Shown here in pieces: positions 9,060 through 19,834 of a stretch of DNA of 37,172 nucleotides. The notes under the pieces were generated by a model. That model was not told the DNA's origin. It was given only the letters and a program-made list of their open reading frames with translations, and ran no database searches. The translations under genes and the position numbers were made by a program. Source of the stretch: Bacteroidales bacterium (lineage in GTDB: Bacteria; Bacteroidota; Bacteroidia; Bacteroidales; CAIWKO01); NCBI GenBank assembly GCA_035389045.1, contig DAOORA010000043.1, positions 1 to 37,172 of the forward strand. Reading direction: 5' to 3'. The first letter of the stretch is position 1, and each line of letters begins with the position of its first letter.

Positions 9060-11219
9060 TCACTTGTTTAAGTATTGATCATCAGTACTGTTGTCGTCAT
9101 CTTCCGGAACAGGTCCGGTTTCTTCCTTCTTGTCAGTTTCGTCATCCTGAAGTTGTTTTTCGGCTTGATCTGTTCTGGTTTTTCTCATGGTAGACTCGAT
9201 ATCTCTGGCCACCTCTTCAATATGATGGCTGTCTTTGAACTGCCGTTTTCCGAAAATATGTTCCACATCTTCACGGAAGATCACTTCTTTTTCAAGTAAA
9301 AGCATTGCTAAAGCCTCTACGTTCTGTTTATTGTCTTCTATGATCTTTTTTGCACGTCTGTAAACAGATTCCACGATCTTGCTTACTTCTTCATCAATCA
9401 CCTGGGCTGTGGTCTCACTGTATGGCTTTGAAAGCGCATATTCCTGCTGGCCTGAAGAATCATAATAGCTCAGGTTCCCGACTCTTTCGTTCAGACCAAA
9501 ATACATAACCATGGCATAAGCCTGTTTGGTAATCCGTTCGAGATCGTTCAGCGCTCCGGTGGATATTTTCCCGAAATTAACATCTTCGGATGCCCTGCCT
9601 CCCATTATGGCGCACATTTCATCGAGCATCTGGTCGGTAAAAGTAATCTGACGTTCTTCGGGCAGGTACCAGGCAGCGCCCAGCGCCTTTCCGCGCGGAA
9701 TGATAGTAACTTTTACCAGAGGAGCGGCATGTTCCACCAGCCAACTGATGGCCGCATGGCCGGCCTCATGAAATGCAATAACCTTTTTTTCTTCGGCTGA
9801 AATAATTTTACTTCGCTTTTCAAGCCCGCCAACGATACGGTCAATGGCATCGAGAAAATCCTGTTTTTCGATCACCTTTTTATTTTTACGTGCCGCTATC
9901 AGCGCAGATTCGTTGCATACATTGGCAATATCGGCGCCCGAAAATCCGGGAGTCTGACGTGAAAGAAAGTCTACATCAATATCCTGCGACAAGGTGAGCG
10001 GTTTCATATGAACTTTAAAGATAGCCTTGCGTTCTTCGAGGTCGGGCAGTTCTACATGGATCTGCCTGTCGAAACGTCCGGCGCGCAATAAAGCTCTGTC
10101 GAGGATGTCGGCCCGGTTGGTGGCAGCAAGAATGATGACGCCGGCATTGCTCGAAAAGCCGTCCATCTCGGTCAGCAACTGGTTCAGGGTGTTCTCGCGT
10201 TCATCGTTGGCCCCCGTGATAGGATTTTTTCCCCTCGCCCGTCCGATAGCATCTATCTCATCAATAAAGACGATACATGGCGCTTTTTCTTTTGCTGTTT
10301 TGAACAGGTCGCGCACACGCGAAGCACCAACGCCTACAAACATCTCCACAAAATCGGAACCCGAGAGTGAGAAAAAGGGCACTTTAGCTTCGCCGGCGAC
10401 AGCTTTGGCTAAAAGGGTTTTCCCCGTACCCGGAGGCCCTACCAGCAAAGCGCCCTTAGGGATTTTACCGCCCAGCTGGGTATATTTTTTAGGATCTTTC
10501 AGAAATTCAACAATTTCCATGATCTCTACCTTGGCCTCTTCAAGTCCGGCAACATCATTAAATGTAATGGAACTGCTCATGTTTTTGTCGAAAAGCTGTG
10601 CTTTGGATTTACCCACATTAAAAATCTGTGAGCCACCTGTTCCTCTGCCCATCGACCGCATAATTACAAGCCATACGACGATCAGTATCACCGGAAGTAA
10701 TATCCATCCCAGGATATCACTGGCCCAGTTACGACGGGTTTCCGTCCCCGGTGTGATGTGCGAAAAGCTCTTGATGATTTGCTCCTGCTCCTCTTGGGTT
10801 TTACTGAGCGTATCATTGGTCAAAATCTTGTTTTCAGCATCAAATAAATCTTTTCTGAAAGATTCAACCGATGATATTTCAAAATAAAAATGTGGGCCGT
10901 TATTTACGGAACTGCCAATACCATTTTTTTTATTTATTTTGCTAAAAGCCGTATCGTTGGCCAGGGCATCCGGTTTAATAAATATCTCAGCCTTTTCCTT
11001 GTTGACAATGACTATCTTCTCAATTTGTTTTTTTTGCAGAAAAGTAACGAATTTGTCCCATTCGATTTTATCCATGGAGTTGCCGCCCCAGTTATAAAAA
11101 TTCAAAGCAATGAACACGATAGCAAGTATGGCATATATCCAATAAAAACTGAATTTCTTTTTTTTCTGATTGTTACCCTGCAGGTCGTTTTTAAATTTAT
11201 TTTTTTGTTGATCAGCCAT
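9060..11219 (-). CDS. ftsH: ATP-dependent zinc metalloprotease FtsH
   Basis: Two TM segments, [31 protein letters not shown]. Confidence 0.97.
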   Translation of the reverse strand: MADQQKNKFKNDLQGNNQKKKKFSFYWIYAILAIVFIALNFYNWGGNSMDKIEWDKFVTFLQKKQIEKIVIVNKEKAEIFIKPDALANDTAFSKINKKNGIGSSVNNGPHFYFEISSVESFRKDLFDAENKILTNDTLSKTQEEQEQIIKSFSHITPGTETRRNWASDILGWILLPVILIVVWLVIMRSMGRGTGGSQIFNVGKSKAQLFDKNMSSSITFNDVAGLEEAKVEIMEIVEFLKDPKKYTQLGGKIPKGALLVGPPGTGKTLLAKAVAGEAKVPFFSLSGSDFVEMFVGVGASRVRDLFKTAKEKAPCIVFIDEIDAIGRARGKNPITGANDERENTLNQLLTEMDGFSSNAGVIILAATNRADILDRALLRAGRFDRQIHVELPDLEERKAIFKVHMKPLTLSQDIDVDFLSRQTPGFSGADIANVCNESALIAARKNKKVIEKQDFLDAIDRIVGGLEKRSKIISAEEKKVIAFHEAGHAAISWLVEHAAPLVKVTIIPRGKALGAAWYLPEERQITFTDQMLDEMCAIMGGRASEDVNFGKISTGALNDLERITKQAYAMVMYFGLNERVGNLSYYDSSGQQEYALSKPYSETTAQVIDEEVSKIVESVYRRAKKIIEDNKQNVEALAMLLLEKEVIFREDVEHIFGKRQFKDSHHIEEVARDIESTMRKTRTDQAEKQLQDDETDKKEETGPVPEDDDNSTDDQYLNK

Positions 11220-11244
11220 TTATGTTAATATCTTTCTGTTACAA

Positions 11245-11622
11245 TTATTTTTCTGAGTCAATGTATTTAATTTCTGCATCTGCCCAAAGATCTTCAAGCT
11301 TGTAAAAATTTCGGTATTTCTCCTGAAATATATGTGCTACCACATCGAAATAATCGAGCAGTATCCACTCAGCATTCTGAAATCCCTCCCGGTGAAGCGG
11401 TTTTTGTCCGGTAGTCTTACGCACCATTTCCTCCACAGCATCCGCAATGGCTTCGACCTGTGTACGCGACGTACCATGGCAGATGACAAACCGTGAAAAC
11501 AGGGTATTCTGCAAGGTTGAGAAATCAATACTGACAATGTTTTTTGCTTTTTTCTCGATCATCCCTTTTGCGATACATTCTGCAATATCAGGTTTCTCTG
11601 CTTTTTTTCTTTTTACGGGCAT
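11245..11622 (-). CDS. rsfS: Ribosome silencing factor
   Basis: KKAKNIVSID, FVICHGTS..QV.AIA, WILLDYFDVVAHIF..R.FY.LE.LW. ATG 11622 (TTG 11628 alternative); -7 box TAACTTTG at 11651-11644. Confidence 0.93.
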   Translation of the reverse strand: MPVKRKKAEKPDIAECIAKGMIEKKAKNIVSIDFSTLQNTLFSRFVICHGTSRTQVEAIADAVEEMVRKTTGQKPLHREGFQNAEWILLDYFDVVAHIFQEKYRNFYKLEDLWADAEIKYIDSEK

Positions 11623-11859
11623 CAGCAAAATTTAATAAATTTGCAAAGTTACTAATATTATTGAACATGCAGAATTATTTATCGTTATAGGTTAAATCTT
11701 TTTTGAGGTGCGAAAATTAAATAAAGATTCCTCATTTGGTTTAGCTACATTCGGTAAGACATTATGGTTTATCATATTAAGAAGAATTATTTCTTCCAGC
11801 ACCTTAATAAAATAAATTACCATTATCGTATCAATTTGTAATTTTTCCCCTCACCGCTC

Positions 11860-12612
11860 ATGAAGATTATTCATAAAGACATCCTTGACTCCACCAACAC
11901 CTATGCGGAACAACTGGTTTCTGACGGCAAAATAAGTAAACCAACCTGTGTTACAGCAGGATACCAGTCGTCCGGCCAGGGGAGAAATGCGGGCCGCTGG
12001 GAATCGGAAGCAGAAAAAAACCTGACGTTCAGTATCGTTTGTTTTCCAGAATTTCTTAGCGCCGGCAGACAGTTTTATCTGAATAAAGTTGCTTCCCTGT
12101 CAGTGCATCAGCTGATTCAGCAAATGCTTCCCGAACAGGAAATCCGAATCAAATGGCCTAATGACATTTATATTGCTGATAAAAAAGTAGCAGGAATACT
12201 GATCAAAGTCAACATTCAAAACAACATTATTAAACATGCCGTTATCGGCATAGGTATCAATATCAACCAGGAAAAATTTCCGGATGATCTTCCCAATCCC
12301 GTTTCTGTGATACAACACAAAAAAAAATCAGCCGGCCTTGATTTGGTATTAAACAACTACCTGGCCATTTTCCAGCGCTGTTTTGCGATGCTCGAAAACA
12401 ACGAGTACGATAAAATAGACCCCGGCTACCTCAATGCACTGTACCGTTACAAAGAACAAAGTCTTTTTGAGATTGCAGGTAAAAAAGTTTATGCCAGCAT
12501 AACCGGAGTGGACGAATACGGCTGGCTGCAGCTTGTTTGCAATGATGGTAAAATCCTGAGCGGAGATATGAATAAAGTGAAGATGATTTTAAGTTCAAAA
12601 AGCAAAATTTAG
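11860..12612 (+). CDS. birA: Biotin-[acetyl-CoA carboxylase] ligase (no HTH)
   Basis: DSTN, Q..GQGR, IKWPNDI, KKVAGIL, GIGININQ. Confidence 0.93.
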   Translation: MKIIHKDILDSTNTYAEQLVSDGKISKPTCVTAGYQSSGQGRNAGRWESEAEKNLTFSIVCFPEFLSAGRQFYLNKVASLSVHQLIQQMLPEQEIRIKWPNDIYIADKKVAGILIKVNIQNNIIKHAVIGIGININQEKFPDDLPNPVSVIQHKKKSAGLDLVLNNYLAIFQRCFAMLENNEYDKIDPGYLNALYRYKEQSLFEIAGKKVYASITGVDEYGWLQLVCNDGKILSGDMNKVKMILSSKSKI

Positions 12613-12614
12613 AA

Positions 12615-12667
12615 GGCAACTCTCCGTTACTTTCATATAGCTATATGAAAACGGAAAACAGATTGCC
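12615..12667. terminator. Long hairpin between convergent genes (possible bidirectional terminator)
   Basis: Perfect 20-bp palindrome TTTCATATAGCTATATGAAA (12631-12650) inside TCCGT/ACGGA and GGCAA/TTGCC. Confidence 0.5.
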
Positions 12668-12693
12668 GGTCATCAAAATGAGGATCAGAGATT

Positions 12694-14908
12694 TTAATAA
12701 AATACTGCCCTCATTGAAGCATACCAAAAATAATCATTTGCTAATCCTGATGACATATATCCATTTAAGTAATAAGTATATGTCCCTGCGGTTACTGAAA
12801 ATCTTCTGGTAACGGTAAAAGTATTGTTAGCTGAACTTGTATATGTTGGTATTACCGATGGTATGTCATATACTACATAATTATATGCCGTTCCACCATC
12901 TGTAGGACTAGTGCCAATTCCAAGGTAAAGAATATCTGCTGTTCCTAGTGTATGGTCAAACCTGACCCAAACATTTGCCAGTACTTCTATGGTTCCGGAA
13001 TAGGGAGCCGTTATAGTGACGGCTGCACCGGAGTAATTCGACCAGGATGAAGTTAAAGGTATTGTCGATCCGGTCTCAGCTGTGACAATTAATCCGTTAT
13101 TACTCACCCATGTTGGTGCTCCTGTGCCGTTTGATTTCAGTATTTGCCCGGAATTGCCTGCCGCGGTTGTTGCCATTGCAGTGGGTGATGCTGCATAAAC
13201 CACACCACCCTGGGTCAGGCTGCTGTTTTGACCTGTACCACCATTAGATACGGCTACAGGTATAATAAGTGAAAACGTTGTACCGGTAAGAGAAATACCC
13301 GTGCCATTATTATACATTATGTTGTCATCCGGTTCACATATAACACTTCCATCAGAATTAATCGCTCTGATTGACGAACCTGCCGGGCAAGGTGAGCCTA
13401 CCCTTCGCTGCAACTCATTTGTGTTGACATCAAGATACCCTATTGAACCATTAACTATCGTTGATGAATTGACAGCATTACCAGCCATTTTAATCAGTGT
13501 TACCGCACCATCGTACAGTTTGGGTGTTGTGATAGCTCCATCCACCACTGTCAGAGCTGTTACGTTGGTGACAAGCGAACCATCCCCTGAAAAATTTGTA
13601 GCTTTAACGGTGCCATCCACATCAAGTTTCTGGACCGGGGATTCAGTTCCTATCCCTACATTACCGCCAGCGATTGTCATTCTTTCTGCACCAGACTGAT
13701 AAAAGCCAATATCGTCATCACCATCGTTATTATTTCCGATAAGCAATCTTGTGGCTTCCCCTGATTTTACATAGTATTTAATGAAAGCCTCGTCTGATAC
13801 ACCTCCGCCGGGATTTGAAGGAAAACAAATTCCTGTTGATGCAGAATTCCCGATGGCCGGCATTATAGCGCCGCCAGCAACCTGGAGTTTTGCTAAAGGA
13901 GTTATTGTACCTATCCCCACGTTGCCGCCGTTGAAAAGGCCGTTTCCGCTGATTCTGAACCCCGCTGCCTGATCGGTTGCGATCTGGTGCTGAATATAGT
14001 TGACGCTGCCGGAAAAAGGCGCATAAGGCAGATTATCATAATGATACCCGTCAAGCAAATCGGAATTAAGGCCGGAAACAAGAGTCGTTGAACTTACCGC
14101 AAGGGGTGCCGTTCCTGTTGCAACGGTTGATATAAGCTGGTTATCGGTTTGTATTGCGCCGCCTGCAACATCGAGCTTTTTTACGGGTGCCGCAGTGCCT
14201 ATACCTACATTGCCGTTATTGGAATTATATATATTATTTCCGCTTATTGCCCATAATGTATCATGGTAAGAGGCAAGATTTACAAAACCGCCGTTGCTCA
14301 GATAAACGGTATCGTTGCTGATACTGAGCACCTGCAATTCATTGGTTGCGGAGCCGTCCGCTTCGGTGGTCAGGTATCCGGCATCAGCATGGTTGCCCCA
14401 GCCATACGCAGTATTCCAGTTAATGATGTTAGTACCGGTAATTCCGCCTGCAGGTGAGACGCCAAAAACAGGATCCGTCTCGGGCGGAAGACCGCAGACG
14501 CTATCGGCTGTCCTGCTATGCAGCGCATAGGGCACGCTTAACAACTGCGTTGTCCCCATGGTTATATATGAAGTCCCGCCGTTCTGGTCAAACTCAACTT
14601 TTATATAATAAGGGCCGTTTGCCCAGGTTATACCGGCCATGGTTCCATATAACGGAACACCGGCACCGATTTTAAGCACCGATACCCCATACGAATTGGT
14701 GGTATCCTTTTGTGTTTCAACGTAAACAGAAGCTCCATAGACAGAACCCTGAAGTACACTTATACGGAATGAAACCGCCTGATTCGCAATAATGTTCCCG
14801 GCATTATCTCTGACCACGGCCTGGTAATTAAACTTCTCAGGTGCCTGGGCAAACACCAAAGCAGTTAAAAAAAAAAAATGCTGATAAAAATGCAAATACT
14901 CTTTTCAT
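12694..14908 (-). CDS. Tail-fibre-like surface protein, frameshifted in its signal peptide as sequenced
   Basis: N-terminal QAPEKFNYQAVVRD...LLSVPYAL domain, three GNVGIGT..P..KL.V.G repeats, DGA(I/V)T..K repeats, beta-rich C-terminal head. ATG at 14908 is out of frame by one base in the A12 tract. Confidence 0.8.
14867..14878. repeat. A12 homopolymer (T12 on coding strand)
   Basis: Counted directly. T11 restores MKRVFAFLSAFFFLTALVFA-QAPEKF. Confidence 0.9.
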
Positions 14909-14914
14909 AACTTA

Positions 14915-15400
14915 TTAAATTTTAATGATTTAGAACTTCAAAATCTTTTTGCTATCTGTAATCTTTGTAAAATATCCCGATGGTTTAAGTTGTCTTGTGT
15001 CAAACATATTCTCAACACCGGAATTTCTTTAATAAACCATAAGTTTGCTGCTGAAGTCATACAACAAAAAATACAGCTTCTCCATTTCCGAATTTTCGGC
15101 ATCTATTATAAGGAAATCACTGGCCGGTTTGGGATAAACCCTAAATCTCAGATTTATGTCCCTGGCTCCTTCCATTGCTGTCATGAAGGATGTTTCGTAT
15201 GATTGCTTAACATGCTGAACAGCTATGCTATCGGTGCATGTAATAGCAGAGAATACAACCTGCTTACCGGTGAAGCCAGCCCGCCCTCCTGTGCCAGCGG
15301 TATGACCGGCTGTGCTCACGGTACAATTTTTTGCATAAAATTCTACGACCCTACTTATGAATTCAGAATATATAAATACAATCGCATCTCTTATGTCCAT
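14915..15400 (-). pseudogene. Decayed small T9SS type A sorting domain protein
   Basis: ORF 15029-15400 reads ..AGHTAGTGGRAGFTGKQVVFS..QHVKQSYETS..RVYPKPASDFL..LYDFSSKL. After a stop and frameshift, LKPSGYFTKITDSKKILKF*IIKI* ends 6 nt before the fibre ATG. Confidence 0.7.
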
Positions 15401-15692
15401 ACAACAGCCGTTAAAGCAAAGTTAATTAAATACATTACCCTAAAAATACAAAATATTTTAACAGATCGCAATAAAAAATTTAATAATTTTAACCAGATCC
15501 GGCATCTGAGTCTTTTATCCGTTAGCCTGCATTTAACTCTAAATAATTTTTCTATTGCGGATTTGGGATAGGATGACAACTAATAACTGTTGTCAAACAC
15601 ACATAATTGTGCTTTAACCTGTAATGAATAATTGGCTGAACTGCTGTTCGGGAGCGCGTTTGGCGTAAAGATCAAACCCGCTGATTTATAAA

Positions 15693-16106
15693 CTATTCCT
15701 TCTCGAAAAACTCTTTAAGTTTCTTTCCGAAAATATCCACCAGGTTCTGAAGCGGGCGTGAAGCCATCATGCTGATCATCATCGGCATTTCATGATCAAA
15801 TACAAATTCAGCCTGGGTTTCGTTTTCATTTACCTTGTTTAAAAAGCAAAACAACTCAAATGTAAATGGAAGTTTTGTACCTGATTCAGGCAATATCCGT
15901 ATTTTTGAGTAAGGTACCTTCTCCGTTATTTTTAATGCTAACTGACCCATGCCGCTTATGTCGAAACTGCAGGTATCTTCAGTGGATTTCCAGTTCAGCA
16001 CCTGCTCCGGCATCAGTTCCTTAAAATTGTTAAAGTCCGAGAGGAAATTATAGATTTTCACATCGCTGCTGTGAATTGTCTTTTTTTCACTTTTTATTTG
16101 TCCCAT
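15693..16106 (-). CDS. SRPBCC/START-like protein downstream of pyrE
   Basis: IYNFLSDFNNFKELMPE, MMISMMASRPLQNLV; ATG 16106 lies 2 nt past the pyrE stop. Confidence 0.8.
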   Translation of the reverse strand: MGQIKSEKKTIHSSDVKIYNFLSDFNNFKELMPEQVLNWKSTEDTCSFDISGMGQLALKITEKVPYSKIRILPESGTKLPFTFELFCFLNKVNENETQAEFVFDHEMPMMISMMASRPLQNLVDIFGKKLKEFFEKE

Positions 16107-16108
16107 AA

Positions 16109-16750
16109 TTATATTCCCCATTTTTCGGGAGCCTCACGCCATAATGATAAATGGGCCAGATCCGCATCATTAATAAAATTACTTTCCAGCGCCTGCGCCA
16201 ACAATGCATTATAGTCAGACAAGGTAACTAATTTGCATTTTGCCTGTGCAAAACTTTCCTCAGCTTTGGGAAAACAATAGGTGAAAATTGCTGCCATCCC
16301 TTTCACATTACATCCTGCTTCCCGCAAGGCCTGAACGGCTTTAAGACTGCTGCTGCCGGTAGAAACAAGGTCCTCAATAATCACCACCGATTGTCCTTTT
16401 TCAACCACGCCCTCGATCTGATTGGTGAGTCCATGATCTTTGGCTTCCGAACGTACATAAACAAAGGGTAGCCCAAGTTCCTGAGCCACAAGAACACCCT
16501 GTGCAATAGCCCCGGTAGCAACACCGGCTATAACATCAGGAACGCCGAACTCTTCGGCAATAAGAGCAGCAAACTGCTGCCGGATATAGGTCCTGATTTT
16601 TGGATACGACAAAGTTTTCCGGTTATCACAATAGATCGGTGATTTCCATCCCGAGGCCCATGTAAAAGGTTTTTGCAGATTCAGTTTTATTGCTTTAATT
16701 TGCAATAAATATTCTGCCGTTTTTAAGGCTGTATCTTTATTTTTTTTCAT
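16109..16750 (-). CDS. pyrE: Orotate phosphoribosyltransferase
   Basis: FTWASGWKSPIYCDNR, PRPP motif VVIIEDLVSTGSS; start MKKNKDTA at 16750. Confidence 0.96.
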   Translation of the reverse strand: MKKNKDTALKTAEYLLQIKAIKLNLQKPFTWASGWKSPIYCDNRKTLSYPKIRTYIRQQFAALIAEEFGVPDVIAGVATGAIAQGVLVAQELGLPFVYVRSEAKDHGLTNQIEGVVEKGQSVVIIEDLVSTGSSSLKAVQALREAGCNVKGMAAIFTYCFPKAEESFAQAKCKLVTLSDYNALLAQALESNFINDADLAHLSLWREAPEKWGI

Positions 16751-17366
16751 GGCACAAATATACAAAGTATATATTAACGACAAAGAAATAATTTTCGCAG
16801 ACAGTGAAAACATTGTAAATGAAGATGATAAAACAGAAAAATTAGTAAACCCTCCGGAAGCCGAAATAAAAAAAATTATTGCTGACTTTAACAGTAATGA
16901 AAACCTCCGGCGATTATTCCTGATCGCCGCTGATCCGCAAAGCCTTTTCAGGTCATTCCGCAAGGATTATAAAATGGTTAAAGCCGCCGGTGGGTTTGTC
17001 AGGGACAAAGACCGGCGCATTTTAATGATTTTCAGAAGAGGTAAATGGGACCTTCCCAAAGGTAAAATTGACGGGGACGAAAGAAGAAAACATGCCGCTT
17101 TGCGTGAAGTTCGCGAAGAAACCGGACTAAAAAACCTGTTATTAGTCAGAAGGATCGATAGAACATATCATGTTTATACCGAAAAAAATGACCAGATACT
17201 GAAAAAGACCTACTGGTACGAAATGGCTGCAATAGATGTGGCACCATTGGTCCCTCAGGCCGATGAAGATATTACCGATATCAGATGGTTTGAACCTGAT
17301 GAAATTGACGATGTGTACCCAAACACTTACACTTTGATCAAAAGGATACTGGAACAGTTTAAATAA
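16749..17366 (+). CDS. NUDIX hydrolase
   Basis: WDLPKGKIDGDE....ALREVREETG Nudix box. Confidence 0.92.
   Translation: MAQIYKVYINDKEIIFADSENIVNEDDKTEKLVNPPEAEIKKIIADFNSNENLRRLFLIAADPQSLFRSFRKDYKMVKAAGGFVRDKDRRILMIFRRGKWDLPKGKIDGDERRKHAALREVREETGLKNLLLVRRIDRTYHVYTEKNDQILKKTYWYEMAAIDVAPLVPQADEDITDIRWFEPDEIDDVYPNTYTLIKRILEQFK
16755..16784 (-). promoter_or_regulatory. sigma70 promoter of pyrE inside the NUDIX coding sequence
   Basis: Minus strand TTTG (16784-16781)-N18-TATATTTG (16762-16755), then TGCC-ATG. Confidence 0.55.
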
Positions 17367-17447
17367 TAAATAATTTTTGTTTAATTAACGTTAATTTATA
17401 AAATATTTTTTTTAACTTTAACGGCAAATAGTCAAAAAATTATTTTT

Positions 17448-18752
17448 ATGAGAACTATCTTTCTTTCTCTTGTTTTACTAAGTAGTATGCCGCTTTGTAT
17501 ATTAGCCCAGAAAGTAAATACACAGGCACAATATTATGCCATTTCAAAAAACGGGAAATACGGTTACATGGATGCCACAGGCAAAATAGTTATTGAACTA
17601 AAGTTTGATGATGTTAACCGGTATAATGACAATGCTGTTTATGAAAACAACCTGTTCCCTGTTAAATCAGGCTCATATTGGGGATACTGCAACCTGAAAG
17701 GAGAGATCATCATACCCTGCAGGTTTGCTGATGCCAATCCTTTCAAAGGCGGATTAGCCCTGGTGAGGTTGACACTGGAAACCGCGCCGGATTTTACTAA
17801 AAACATGGCATTTATTGACATAAGCGGAAAACAGGTGACGCAGCACAATGTGTACGACCATAATTCGTTTGGTGATATGCCAATGGTGAAAGACGGTCTG
17901 ATAGCCATCAGGGAATTCAAGACAAACAAATGGGGATTCCTGGATACCAAGGGAAAAGTGGCTATCCCTTTTATTTACAATTATGCCATGCCATTCAGTG
18001 AAGGCCTGTCCGTGGTGCAAAAAGGCAGTTTATTCGGTTATATTGACAAATCGGGCAAGGAAGTGATCGGACCACAATACCTCACTGCAAGCTCCTTCAA
18101 GGAAAATTTGGCTGTGGTTATGAAATCCACCGACTCCAGCACCTTTTATTTTATTGACAAATCCGGAAAAATCACAGGCAGCACCAAACTGGAGCTTGGA
18201 GGAAACCTCATAGAAGAAACCCGTATTGCCTTTTACGATGGATTATGCAGATTTACCAAAAACGGGAAAACCGGACTGATAGACAAAACCGGAAAAATTG
18301 TGGTTGAAGCCATTTATGATAAAATATATTACTATATGGGTGAAGGTCACTGGCTGGTAAAAAATGAACCTCCGTCGAGAGCGGACACATACAGCCGCAC
18401 CAAAGGTGTAAAACCGGCGAAAACCGATGACGCCAAACCTGCCGTAACTAACGCTCCCTTGCGAAAAACAGGATGCGGATACATCGATAATACAGGAAAA
18501 CTGATCATGGATATCAAATATTATGATGCACGTAATTATTTTTATGGATTTGCAGCGTTCTGTTATGAAAAAGACAAGTGGGGTGTCATGGACATGACAG
18601 GCAAAGTAATTGTAGAGCCCATTTATAAAAATGACGCCGATATTTCTGCAGGAGGGCTTATCAGAATGAACGGAAGTAATTATTACAGTGGTGAGTTCGG
18701 TTATGTGGATAAAAACGGAAAGTGGATATGGCCCATGCCTGAAATAAAATAG
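17448..18752 (+). CDS. WG-repeat secreted protein
   Basis: Signal peptide; repeated (W/Y/F)G(Y/F)ID..GK..I...Y....F.EGL units. Confidence 0.9.
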   Translation: MRTIFLSLVLLSSMPLCILAQKVNTQAQYYAISKNGKYGYMDATGKIVIELKFDDVNRYNDNAVYENNLFPVKSGSYWGYCNLKGEIIIPCRFADANPFKGGLALVRLTLETAPDFTKNMAFIDISGKQVTQHNVYDHNSFGDMPMVKDGLIAIREFKTNKWGFLDTKGKVAIPFIYNYAMPFSEGLSVVQKGSLFGYIDKSGKEVIGPQYLTASSFKENLAVVMKSTDSSTFYFIDKSGKITGSTKLELGGNLIEETRIAFYDGLCRFTKNGKTGLIDKTGKIVVEAIYDKIYYYMGEGHWLVKNEPPSRADTYSRTKGVKPAKTDDAKPAVTNAPLRKTGCGYIDNTGKLIMDIKYYDARNYFYGFAAFCYEKDKWGVMDMTGKVIVEPIYKNDADISAGGLIRMNGSNYYSGEFGYVDKNGKWIWPMPEIK

Positions 18753-18790
18753 GTTTTCAGGACACACGAATCCCCCGCCCCGGCTCAGAC

Positions 18791-18822
18791 AAAAAAAAGG
18801 GCTGAACTTCGCAGCCAGCCCT
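18791..18822 (-). terminator. Rho-independent terminator of the lipoprotein gene
   Basis: AGGGCTG/CAGCCCT stem followed by a U-tract on the minus strand (A8 at 18791-18798). Confidence 0.65.
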
Positions 18823-18841
18823 GAAAATACAACACTTTTTT

Positions 18842-19765
18842 TTATAAGAACCTGTAAATCGTCCCGCTGTTACCATTCCATATCCAGTCAATGCGGTATT
18901 TGGTAGGGCATACATTTCCGTTGACATTCACCATTTGGTTGGTGTCATCGAAACCCGCAGTGAATGTTGCCTGCTTGTTATCGGATGGTATTTGGAAGAC
19001 CTTGACGCCGGCACAGGGATCCCACTGGCAGGATTGTTTGCGGATTACAGACTGTGTGATCTGTGTATAGAACTGTTCCCCATGACGGTTAATGCCCCAG
19101 GCCACCAGATTAGTAAAACCATCGGCTGAACCAAAACCATCAACGGTACACCATAAATTTCCCATAGTACCGGTAAAAGTCCTCTGCCGGGCAAGTGTCC
19201 ATGTCCGCGTGGTATTATCATCAAAAGTGGCAATAAGGCTCCCGCTGACACGATGTACTATCGATGTGGCGGTAAACCCCAGATCAGAAATTCTACCTCC
19301 GCTCACATTAGTATATGCTTTTTTACCGTTGAGGGTGATCGATTTATTATCAGAAACACGCGTTATGTGCAGGTTGATAAATTGAACAAATACGGTAGTA
19401 CCAGCCTGTATCCATGGCGTGTTTACATTTTTTTTCACTTCGGCCTGCCCGACTCTCAGGCGGGTTCCGGCACAGTTCAACCCATTAAAGGTAATGTTGT
19501 AGATGATAGTGTCACCAATTATTGTTGCAGAATCAACGGTGACATTGCACGGAAGAATATTTGTGGATTTTTGCCCTCCGCCGGATAAAATAGCATTCAC
19601 ATCATTCATAGCCTCATCATCAGAAACAGACATCTTGTTTTCATCGGCAACCAACTGCTGCATCGAGCTTGTGTCGGGATCCTTGTCCTTCTTGCATGAG
19701 GTTAATCCGATAGCAAACAAGGCCGCCAGGATCAAACCGGTCAACATTAATTTTAGTGTTTTCAT
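18842..19765 (-). CDS. Uncharacterised beta-rich lipoprotein, probably surface exposed
   Basis: Lipobox LTSC followed by KKDKD (lipoprotein-export-signal-like); several Cys. Confidence 0.8.
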   Translation of the reverse strand: MKTLKLMLTGLILAALFAIGLTSCKKDKDPDTSSMQQLVADENKMSVSDDEAMNDVNAILSGGGQKSTNILPCNVTVDSATIIGDTIIYNITFNGLNCAGTRLRVGQAEVKKNVNTPWIQAGTTVFVQFINLHITRVSDNKSITLNGKKAYTNVSGGRISDLGFTATSIVHRVSGSLIATFDDNTTRTWTLARQRTFTGTMGNLWCTVDGFGSADGFTNLVAWGINRHGEQFYTQITQSVIRKQSCQWDPCAGVKVFQIPSDNKQATFTAGFDDTNQMVNVNGNVCPTKYRIDWIWNGNSGTIYRFL

Positions 19766-19807
19766 AATTTAGAGTTTTAAGGGTTAATAATTTTTGTCTT
19801 TATTACT

Positions 19808-19834
19808 TATACACCGCTGCATATTTTTACCCTG
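19808..19834 (-). promoter_or_regulatory. Putative ECF sigma promoter CAGGGTAAA-N11-GTGTATA
   Basis: Identical boxes and spacing to the motif at 26726-26752. Confidence 0.65.

Noticed and set aside
10027..10887. 286-aa plus-strand ORF
   Set aside because: Antisense shadow of ftsH; likewise the other short antisense ORFs inside long genes.
12694..14908. Fibre gene as prophage or DGR target
   Set aside because: It has a signal peptide, there are no other phage genes, and no reverse transcriptase or template/variable repeat pair was seen.
14990..15579. ORFs 14990-15202(+), 15203-15571(+), 15391-15579(-)
   Set aside because: Antisense to the T9SS pseudogene or AT-rich non-coding sequence without motifs.
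16751..16963. N-terminal extension of pyrE in the ORF track
   Set aside because: Antisense to NUDIX; PyrE-like sequence begins at 16750.
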